A DNA stretch of 64,000 nucleotides from a virus (Duplodnaviria; Caudoviricetes): positions 15,274 through 79,273 of IMG/VR virus record IMGVR_UViG_3300011338_000371, one strand, 5' to 3'. Shown piece after piece: positions 20,301-27,336 of the stretch (position 1 is its first letter; each line of letters opens with the position of its first letter). Below the pieces are notes generated by a model, which saw only the letters and a program-made list of their open reading frames with translations, was not told the origin of the DNA and searched no databases. A program made the translations under genes and the position numbers.

Positions 20301-22316
20301 GATGGAGATGACTTTATCTACCCTATTGGAGTACGTATTTGGGATGAGACTTTCTTTGAAGGTATCTTAGATAGAGAAACAGTTTACGATCCCCTAAACA
20401 CATACGGTAATCATCGTATTCCTGTAAAGGAATTAATCTGTGGATATGAGTTGGTAAGAGGTAATCGTGTTAATAATAAATCAGTAGTTGCTAAGGGCCT
20501 TATTTATGATGTAGGTTCTTTTGAGGACGTTAAGTCTGGTAAGAAGTACTACTACCCTAACTACCCATACAATGATTTACGCCCTGATAGATACATTAAA
20601 TCTACTCCTGATTGGTATGACCTAGCAGATAGGGGATCTGAATCAGATTCTTTTGGAATGGGATTGCATGAAGGTTTTAATACTATTGGATCTCGTTATA
20701 CATTTCATTCACCTGATGTACACTTCCAGTATCCTAAGATTGGTACAGAACTAAAACTAGAAACAGTAGAGTATGGTAAAGTACAGGGTAAGTTTGTTCC
20801 TGTATTAGATCATCCTCAGTATAAGTTCTTGACTAAGGCCGATTATGCCTTAAGCGCTTTATTATCTACTGCATTGTCTTTGGCTTTTGAGTCTGAGGCT
20901 GGATCAAATGGATCAGGACCATATACTAATAGTAAGTTAAAAGCAGATGCTATTTCCATTCTTACTAATAACCAGGTCCTTCTTGATTTACTTGAAAAAC
21001 TTATACCGAATACAAATTTTGCTTATCAGTTTAACTCTATAGGGGAATATAAAAGATTCTCTCCTATTACAACCATAGGTAACAGAAGAAGATTCTTAGA
21101 TATTGGTCTTTATGCTAACGATAAGATTGTAGAATTAAACGATGATCGCCCTCTCCATAATAGACTTAGAGAAACTTCTGTCTACTTAAAAACTAATGGA
21201 TCTTTTAGCACTGAGTTTCCAGGAATAGTTGATAACACTCGCTATACTATTGAAGAGAATAATTTGCAAGATGATCCAGAAAAAATAACTGAATCAGATA
21301 CAAGAGCCTATTACTCTTCTATCAAAAGAAATTTCCCTAATCAGTATGGACAGATAGAGAGTATTACATATGTGTCTACAGGATATTCTTGTTCTGTTTA
21401 TACAGACATCTCTAATACTGCAAAGATTAGGCGTAGGTATTATCCTGCTTTTGGTGGAGATACTTACATTAACAAGTTTGCTCTTAAACGTAAGCATTCA
21501 TTCTTTACTCGTAATTTAGCTAATCTTCCTGCTAAAGTAGATAACGTTCCTTTTGATTATTGGCTTTATCCTAATTTAGGATTTCCTACTTACTACATAG
21601 GAGAGTCGCCAGAAGAAATAACCTCAGGTGCAGCTACAAGTTTAGTAGCAGGAATAGCAACAGCATTAACTACTGCATTAGGTCTTTCATTAGCTGGAGC
21701 AAGTACTGGTGTAGCTCTTAATACGGCTATATCTGGTGCACTAGCTGCTATTTATAGTTTATTTGTTAAGAAGAATAACTTAGATGGTGCTGCTACTGTA
21801 ACTATTCCTAACCCTATTCCTGGACAACCTGACCTTGATATTCCGACTTCTTTCTTTTATCAGAAAGGATTCTTCTATACAGCGTCTTATGGTATTCCCA
21901 TTTTTTATGTGGAGTCTGATATTAACGTAGACCTACGTCATGGAAGAAACGACTTAGAAGAAAACTTTTACCCTAATGTAGGAGATGGTATTCCTGATGA
22001 GTGGTTGCATGAAGTTAATGTGCCTATTAAGTTTGATAACTTCTACCACTACAACGCTACTTACTCTGCACAGAACTTAAGTCCTAATCTTCCTTATAGA
22101 TTAAAGTATCCTTCACTAGAGTGTCTGACTATCCATTCAAATAGAGTTATCTACTCTGATCCTGCAAACTCTTCTAATTATCTTTCTGATGCTTGGAGAG
22201 TATTCCGTCCAGGAAACTTTTATGATTTTCCTAAGCAAGGTGGTCGCTTAATTGATTTAAATGCAGGAGAGAACGAAAGAGTATATGCTAGATTCGAGAA
22301 TACAACTAAAGTATAA
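17367..22316 (+). CDS. Muzzle / tail stabilisation protein, N-terminal 1649 aa
   Basis: N-terminal GLNLDS...TYALNANV, RTYQRDEVYPFGI, IRHHKFPEN, YELVRGNR, FGGDTYINKFALKRK motifs; ends at an in-frame TAA. Confidence 0.8.
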   Translation: MQNKINQNTAGLNLDSVNYQIKENMITYALNANVQSHDGNSTTYTNEPSNQICYDFSLTYPGFRVLNVLSIIEQSKLIVFLAHPDGRSLIGQVTDLGKDCTSLVESETDCGCISGTVLDSTVLSSLSPIAGTGECPTGYTFNSKSGFCEKVISTPIQETIAKQSVISSCRAADHGTTLTRVYKDTWTTQTPPTYHTVVESNLTQSFWYPGGGFSYIKQIGIQADIDDTNDPCGTQETPDFLGFTETICISDTKQYYLGLAADDSLRVSIDGSIIFDFDASDPSKSFATLTDLWARYNLFPVTITKGSHLLKFEYKNQPTGNPGNRGMFAYELYDISLTQLTDPNLTRVILQNSRVLSNGKPITSETKASGRILQISYSGTATGTYTISSAVQSSTSGTGTDAEFKVVVDSGVITSVILNYSGKGYKTGDTLTISSGSALNLTITVVAASVQEDFIELSQACPAGYSLYVNEDCVASCQKIDQKSAIIPASSVNCCTFTPLVVDDCCDCTDCYRYSAQSINNTAYSITYINCNGVEVTETFPSGIGTFTAKRNKYTLPSGVEVLDSTLESQGTCSPKTGTCCLNLSPDYPVYSEYRIDDCETKVYFIAKNIQPRYFSLEEPLGRDQCGDAIDCLTDSCERLKLFPDFCQADIYPTGIDSGGRLKGGVYSFSIAYADENGKELTDYVDFSNPIPIFERTITEQTEYETSKSIRVSIDHSTAVFDYFNLVVAENINEVTTYQLVGTYRVNQSTYRDSLVYTGDYSSTFSSIVPLIRSPHYETAGIIEKQNDILMLADLVETPKYNFQLLANQIKLRWETVKMPVDNKFDYSNPEIAYFFRTYQRDEVYPFGIKFKLKNGKYTDVFHIPGREVFQNSDERSLIYHDSNPDAFGTSNDCIITDKEEKWKVYNTATTGITPPNNTPSLQEAQYSCKITVETSGEFAYWESTETYPCYDEVWGALAGQPIRHHKFPENAKSHIHADGDDFIYPIGVRIWDETFFEGILDRETVYDPLNTYGNHRIPVKELICGYELVRGNRVNNKSVVAKGLIYDVGSFEDVKSGKKYYYPNYPYNDLRPDRYIKSTPDWYDLADRGSESDSFGMGLHEGFNTIGSRYTFHSPDVHFQYPKIGTELKLETVEYGKVQGKFVPVLDHPQYKFLTKADYALSALLSTALSLAFESEAGSNGSGPYTNSKLKADAISILTNNQVLLDLLEKLIPNTNFAYQFNSIGEYKRFSPITTIGNRRRFLDIGLYANDKIVELNDDRPLHNRLRETSVYLKTNGSFSTEFPGIVDNTRYTIEENNLQDDPEKITESDTRAYYSSIKRNFPNQYGQIESITYVSTGYSCSVYTDISNTAKIRRRYYPAFGGDTYINKFALKRKHSFFTRNLANLPAKVDNVPFDYWLYPNLGFPTYYIGESPEEITSGAATSLVAGIATALTTALGLSLAGASTGVALNTAISGALAAIYSLFVKKNNLDGAATVTIPNPIPGQPDLDIPTSFFYQKGFFYTASYGIPIFYVESDINVDLRHGRNDLEENFYPNVGDGIPDEWLHEVNVPIKFDNFYHYNATYSAQNLSPNLPYRLKYPSLECLTIHSNRVIYSDPANSSNYLSDAWRVFRPGNFYDFPKQGGRLIDLNAGENERVYARFENTTKV

Positions 22317-23570
22317 AACTCTCGTATTACCCTTAGTACTACTTCTCCTTACCAGTTAGAGATTGGTAATGCAGAGATGTTCAAACAAAAGCCTGTAGAT
22401 CTCTCTAAAACAGATCTAGGTTACATAGGAACTCAACACAAGGCTTATGTTAAGTGTGAGTACGGAACATTCTGGGTAGACGCTAAACGTGGTCATATCT
22501 ATCAGATTACAGGAGACGGCTTTAACGAGATCAAAACAGAAAATAACTTTAACTGGTTTAAGCAAAATCTACCTTTCCAGATTCTTAAAGACATTCCAAA
22601 TGCAGATATAGACAATCCACCAATTGGCTTAGGCATTATTATGGGATGGGATGAGAGATACGAGAGAGTGTTTATTACTAAACTAGATTACAGAGTTAAG
22701 CCTGAATACAGAGAAGGTAATCCTTCTGTAATTAAATACATTACTGATTCTTCCGATAGTAACTTTAGAAAGTATGTACTAGAGAGTGGAAGTACTCAAG
22801 TAGAAATTACTTTTGGAGATCCTGCATTTTTTGAGAATAAGTCTTGGACAGTTGCCTATTCTCCTAAGCTTAAGAACTTTATTTCTTTCTACTCTTACTT
22901 GCCGAACTTTTTTGTTCCCCAGTTAGGACACTTTCAGACTATTAGGAATACCTCGACTGGAGCAAGTATCTGGAGTCATAATCTTTCTATCTTTACCTAC
23001 CAGACTTATTACGGAACTCTTTATCCTTACATCTTAGAGTATAACGTAAACTCATTCCCTCAGGTATCTACTATTAATTCTGTTACTTTAATGCAGGATA
23101 TCCAAGAATACTATTCTGACTATGAGTATTATTCTTTGTCTACTTCAAATAATAAGAACTTAGCAAACTTTACTAAGGCAATTATTTACAACAAAGAACA
23201 GTCTTCTGGTGTTATTAAGTTGATTCCTGAAGAGTTTGGTAACACAAGACAGAAGATAACCTATCCTAGAATGACTACAACGGGCATAGAAGCGCTTATC
23301 TCTCGCAGAGAACAGTTGTATACCTTTAACGGATTTTGGAACGTTGCAGCGCAAGGAAATGGCCAACCTTTATGGTCGACTCAGTGGAGTGACTTACTTA
23401 CTCAATACCCTATAGACAAAGTACCTAATACTAAGAGTGTAAGACCTGTATCTGTGTCTTATCAGAAGTCTAAGATTAAGTCTGACTTTGCTAAAGTAAG
23501 ATTAATCCAAGATCAATACTCTAGATTTAAGTTTATTAACACCATTCAAATAACCCAAACCAACCCATAA
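22317..23570 (+). CDS. Muzzle / tail stabilisation protein, C-terminal part (in-frame continuation; first ATG at 22377)
   Basis: Same frame as 17367 with 20 open codons between the TAA and the ATG; YIGTQHK, FWVDAKRG and SWTVAYSP...FISFYSY motifs. Confidence 0.75.
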   Translation, partial: NSRITLSTTSPYQLEIGNAEMFKQKPVDLSKTDLGYIGTQHKAYVKCEYGTFWVDAKRGHIYQITGDGFNEIKTENNFNWFKQNLPFQILKDIPNADIDNPPIGLGIIMGWDERYERVFITKLDYRVKPEYREGNPSVIKYITDSSDSNFRKYVLESGSTQVEITFGDPAFFENKSWTVAYSPKLKNFISFYSYLPNFFVPQLGHFQTIRNTSTGASIWSHNLSIFTYQTYYGTLYPYILEYNVNSFPQVSTINSVTLMQDIQEYYSDYEYYSLSTSNNKNLANFTKAIIYNKEQSSGVIKLIPEEFGNTRQKITYPRMTTTGIEALISRREQLYTFNGFWNVAAQGNGQPLWSTQWSDLLTQYPIDKVPNTKSVRPVSVSYQKSKIKSDFAKVRLIQDQYSRFKFINTIQITQTNP

Positions 23571-23574
23571 CATC

Positions 23575-23955
23575 ATGAAAGAAAAAGAACTCTTTACAAC
23601 AGTTAAGCCCGAAATAGTACTGGGACAGTTATTCCAGTCTAGGGACATCATTCACTTAGCTCACTTACAGACAACTTCGTTTAGTGAGCACAAAGCTTTA
23701 GACGGTTACTACTCAGAAGTAATTGGTCTATTAGATGATTTAGTAGAAGCATACTTCGGAACTATTGGAAAACGCCTAAACTTTAAGATTCCTGGATCAG
23801 AGTATATGAATGCTAAAGCCCATCTTACTTACATGAAAGACTATGTAATGAAACATCGTAATGTATTCGGAAACGAAAACACTCACTTACAGAATATCGT
23901 AGATGAGATCATTGCTTTGATTACTTCTACTTTATACCAATTGACACTAAACTAA
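23575..23955 (+). CDS. Ferritin/Dps-like four-helix protein (phage DUF5856-like)
   Basis: IHLAHLQTTSFSEHKALDGYY...DDLVEAY motif and C-terminal LQNIVDEI...TLYQL. Confidence 0.7.
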   Translation: MKEKELFTTVKPEIVLGQLFQSRDIIHLAHLQTTSFSEHKALDGYYSEVIGLLDDLVEAYFGTIGKRLNFKIPGSEYMNAKAHLTYMKDYVMKHRNVFGNENTHLQNIVDEIIALITSTLYQLTLN

Positions 23956-23956
23956 T

Positions 23957-24550
23957 ATGTCAGCATCTAATATACTTTGTATTTGCCAATTATGTAGTAA
24001 AGAGTTTACTACTAAAGCTGCGTGGTATAGAAAAGGTGCAGGAAAATTTTGTTCCAAAGAGTGTGCTTATAAAGGAAAGGCTAAACCTAAAAACAAACAT
24101 GTAGAACTCTTGTGTAAAAATTGCAATAAAGTTTTTAGTGTAAAAAAATATAGAGAGCATACTGCAATTGCGTGTAGCAATGAGTGTAGAAGAGTATTGT
24201 GGGCAAAAACTTACGTAGGAGAACTTTCTCCTAACTGGAAAGGAGGACTTTCTGATGCTAGGACAATAGATAAGAGAACCAAAGAGTATAAAGAGTGGAG
24301 GCTGAAAGTTTATACTAGAGATAATTATAGTTGTCAAAAGTGTAAAAATGCTAAAGGAAACAACTTACATGCTCACCACATAACTAACTACTCTAGCAAT
24401 AAAGACTTGAGGTATTCAGTTGACAATGGTATAACTCTTTGTAACGATTGTCACAATCCTTCAGTAAAAGGAAGTTTTCATAATATCTATGGAACAAAAA
24501 ATAATACTAAGGAACAACTGATTGAATTTTTAAATAATATAACTAAATGA
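23957..24550 (+). CDS. HNH homing endonuclease with N-terminal zinc-binding repeats
   Basis: Two CxxC...F/ACSxxC repeats; CQKC...LHAHH...NGITLCNDCH nuclease motif. Confidence 0.85.
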   Translation: MSASNILCICQLCSKEFTTKAAWYRKGAGKFCSKECAYKGKAKPKNKHVELLCKNCNKVFSVKKYREHTAIACSNECRRVLWAKTYVGELSPNWKGGLSDARTIDKRTKEYKEWRLKVYTRDNYSCQKCKNAKGNNLHAHHITNYSSNKDLRYSVDNGITLCNDCHNPSVKGSFHNIYGTKNNTKEQLIEFLNNITK

Positions 24551-25620
24551 AAAACAAATTAAAATCTGCCTACAAGTCTTGTATGTCTTGCGGAGGCAAA
24601 GTTCGTATGACTAGTGGAGGAAACTGGATTAAAAAAGCAGTTTCTAAAAACCCAGGATCTTTTACAGCTCAAGCTAAGAAAGCTGGAATGTCTGTACCTG
24701 CTTTCCGTGATAAAGTACTAAGCAACAAAGAGGCTTACTCTTCTACTACAGTAAAGAGAGCTAACTTGGCTAAGACACTTGCAGGAATGCGTAAGGGAGA
24801 ATACGGAATGTTGAATAGCACAGGAACTAAGACTACAAAAAACCTTGCTGTTAAAAGTAATAAAGGACAAGGTAAAGAAATGCCTAAGATGTCTACTGTA
24901 AGATCTAAAGATAGTTACGGTATGCGTAAAGGAGCTGAGGGAATGGAGGTATCAAAGAGAGACCTTAAAGCAGGAAGAAAAGAAGTAATGGGTATTGAGT
25001 CTAAAGGACTTCCTACTAACTCTGTAAACCTTACTACTCCTACTCCTATCGAAAGTCCTGCAAACTGGTATAATGAGTCTGTTTGGGATAAAGCACAAGC
25101 AGAGAATGCTGTTCGTCCTGCAGCTAATACTCCTGTATCTTCTAGTAATCCAAGTGTTAAAGGAGGTTCTGAAAAAGTAAGAGCATACCAAGAGATGCTT
25201 CGCAGCAAAGGTTATGATATTGCAGCTGATGGTGCTTGGGGTCCTAAAACACAAAAAGCATACGAGGATTACATAAATAGATCTAAGACTAAAGTTGCTA
25301 ATACTACTACTGGTCCTATGGTAGGTCCTACTAAAGCAAATAAGATGGATTACACCAAACAAACTTCTTATAACTTTAATGCTCCGGGATCTAAAGTTCC
25401 TATGACTACTGCTAGTAACCTTATGAAGACTCCTATAAACCCTTATCAGGTTTCAAAAGTAGCTGAACCTGCAGGTGTTACAAATGCTTTCAACAACCTA
25501 AGCAAATACAAAAAAGGAGTTCCTGCAGCTAAGGCTACCAACAAAATGGGCCCTAACGAAACATTAGTACGTAGAAAGTTGGCTAATTTCCAAAAAGGTA
25601 AGTCTATTTACGGAGGTTAA
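24547..25620 (+). CDS. Basic virion/cargo protein with a peptidoglycan-binding-like motif
   Basis: VRAYQEMLRSKGYDIAADGAWGPKTQKAYEDY at 25177-25272; MSCGG and MTSGG motifs; ATGA overlap with the HNH gene. Confidence 0.55.
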   Translation: MKNKLKSAYKSCMSCGGKVRMTSGGNWIKKAVSKNPGSFTAQAKKAGMSVPAFRDKVLSNKEAYSSTTVKRANLAKTLAGMRKGEYGMLNSTGTKTTKNLAVKSNKGQGKEMPKMSTVRSKDSYGMRKGAEGMEVSKRDLKAGRKEVMGIESKGLPTNSVNLTTPTPIESPANWYNESVWDKAQAENAVRPAANTPVSSSNPSVKGGSEKVRAYQEMLRSKGYDIAADGAWGPKTQKAYEDYINRSKTKVANTTTGPMVGPTKANKMDYTKQTSYNFNAPGSKVPMTTASNLMKTPINPYQVSKVAEPAGVTNAFNNLSKYKKGVPAAKATNKMGPNETLVRRKLANFQKGKSIYGG

Positions 25621-25622
25621 TC

Positions 25623-26471
25623 ATGTTTGTTCCAGGAGTAAATGGTTCAGTAATTCCTAGTGCACCCTCAGGTTCAAAACTTAAGGGTGCATATAAGAAT
25701 TCTAAGAAACGTAAGATGCCTAATGGAGGAAGTATTGATATTGTGTCTACTATTAAAGAATTAGATCCAAACTTTAACAAACCCAAAAATCAAGTCAGTC
25801 CTTTACTTAAAGAAGCGCTTTCTAGTGCTGATCAAGCAACAGATATGCTGCAACTTGGACACTTTAGTACTTTACCATGGGCACAAGGTGCTGCACTCAT
25901 AGGTGACATTGCAGGCATTGGAGTAGATCTTGCTCAATCGGGAATAGCAAACTATGAAGGCAATAATGTAAATGCTGTTGGGAATCTAGCTATGGCTAGT
26001 GCTCCTGCCATTGTAGGAAGCCAAGGTTATACTAGATCACGTTCTATGGTCAATAATGCTGCACCTGGAAGATACAGACCTACTTCAGCATTGACTCCTG
26101 CACATGCTGCAAATCCTGTAATTGCAAAAGGACTTGCGTGGAACAAAGCTGCTCTTGCAGCTAATGTAGCAGAAATTGCGTCAAATACAAATTCTAGAAC
26201 TTATGCTACCCAAAGAGTTCCTCAAAGAGATAATGCCCAAGTACAGTTTAGACCTAATCCTAACCTGCGTAGAATGGAAGAAGGCGGGGAAGTAGAAGAC
26301 GAGAGAGATGACGATAAAGAAATGGTAGAGGGTGTAGCAAGTATTCTTAGAGGAGTAAAAGACAAAAAGAATAGATTGCAGTTAGCTAACAAATTAGCTA
26401 AGCAGTTTAACAGAGAAAAAGTAGAGTATAACCTAGCTGACTTCTTAAAAAAATCTAAAGTAAAGAAATGA
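25623..26471 (+). CDS. Putative cargo protein with a Gly/Ala-rich hydrophobic segment
   Basis: 282 aa; MPNGG and MEEGG motifs flank WAQGAALIGDIAGIGVDLA. Confidence 0.55.
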   Translation: MFVPGVNGSVIPSAPSGSKLKGAYKNSKKRKMPNGGSIDIVSTIKELDPNFNKPKNQVSPLLKEALSSADQATDMLQLGHFSTLPWAQGAALIGDIAGIGVDLAQSGIANYEGNNVNAVGNLAMASAPAIVGSQGYTRSRSMVNNAAPGRYRPTSALTPAHAANPVIAKGLAWNKAALAANVAEIASNTNSRTYATQRVPQRDNAQVQFRPNPNLRRMEEGGEVEDERDDDKEMVEGVASILRGVKDKKNRLQLANKLAKQFNREKVEYNLADFLKKSKVKK

Positions 26472-27040
26472 AAAAAATGATAAAACGTAAAGATGGATCT
26501 TACTCTCAACAGGGACTTTGGGACAATATCCGTAAGAATAGGGGTTCTGGAAAGAAGCCCACTGCTCAGATGCTTAAGCAAGAACGTAAGATTAAAGCTA
26601 AGATGGCTGACGGGGGTAAGATGCCTACCTCAGTTGCTAAGGCAAGATTTGTAGCTGCTAACAAAGGTAATATACAAGAAGCTAGACAAGATGCTTCTAA
26701 GTACGGTTACAAGTTTATGGCAGGTGGCAGACTTAAAGCTGCTTACATGGCTAAAGGAGGAACTATTGCTAAGACTACTAAAGGTCCAGGAGCAAACTAT
26801 CGTCCTACTAAATCAGGAGCAGGTATGACTCAGAAAGGAGTAATGGCCTATCGTAGAGCAAACCCTGGTTCTAAGTTAAGCACAGCTGTTACAGGCAAAG
26901 TTAAAGCAGGCAGCAAAGCAGCTAATCGTAGAAAGTCTTATTGTGCTCGTTCATTAGGTCAATTACGTAGATCCTCACAGGCTACACAGAATGATCCTAA
27001 CAGCAGAATCAGACAAGCACGTAGGCGTTGGAAGTGCTAA
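26468..27040 (+). CDS. Highly basic composite virion protein (C-terminal DUF6321-like domain)
   Basis: 190 aa, K/R-rich; GAGMTQKGVMAYRRANPGSKL...RRKSYCARS; MADGG, FMAGG and MAKGG motifs. Confidence 0.55.
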   Translation: MKKMIKRKDGSYSQQGLWDNIRKNRGSGKKPTAQMLKQERKIKAKMADGGKMPTSVAKARFVAANKGNIQEARQDASKYGYKFMAGGRLKAAYMAKGGTIAKTTKGPGANYRPTKSGAGMTQKGVMAYRRANPGSKLSTAVTGKVKAGSKAANRRKSYCARSLGQLRRSSQATQNDPNSRIRQARRRWKC

Positions 27041-27074
27041 ACACTAAATAAACTAAAAAACTAAAACTAAATAC

Positions 27075-27236
27075 ATGGCAGCTAAAGCATCTAAATCAAA
27101 ATCAACCGCATCTTCATCTTCAAAGTTTAAAGTTAAACCTAAAGTAAGAAGAAAGGGAGTAGTAGCAAAGACTAAAGCTTCAAAGTTAAAGTCTAGCAAA
27201 CATTACAAAAAACGAGATAGAGGACAAGGGAGTTAA
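27075..27236 (+). CDS. Very basic 53 aa protein (not in the ORF track)
   Basis: MAAKASKSKSTASSSSKFKVKPKVRRKGVVAKTKASKLKSSKHYKKRDRGQGS; A-rich leader; stop lies in the terminator hairpin. Confidence 0.65.
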   Translation: MAAKASKSKSTASSSSKFKVKPKVRRKGVVAKTKASKLKSSKHYKKRDRGQGS

Positions 27237-27255
27237 TTCTCCCTTGCTTTTTTTT
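27225..27255 (+). terminator. Intrinsic terminator
   Basis: CAAGGGAG 27225-27232 / CTCCCTTG 27239-27246, then T8. Confidence 0.8.
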
Positions 27256-27273
27256 ATTAATCTCGTATATTTG
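27244..27273 (+). promoter_or_regulatory. Bacteroidota-type promoter for the cargo genes
   Basis: TTG 27244-27246, 19-nt spacer, TATATTTG 27266-27273. Confidence 0.7.
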
Positions 27274-27336
27274 TATAACTAGCTTATTCTCAAGCAGTTA
27301 TTAACTTTTTATGTTAATAACATAAATAATTAAAAC

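Noticed and set aside
22314-22376. Intron or frameshift explaining the muzzle split
   Set aside because: The 60 nt are in frame and open, so neither splicing nor frameshifting is needed.
23957-24550. HNH endonuclease as part of a group I intron
   Set aside because: Flanking genes have their own starts and stops, and there is no room for an intron core.
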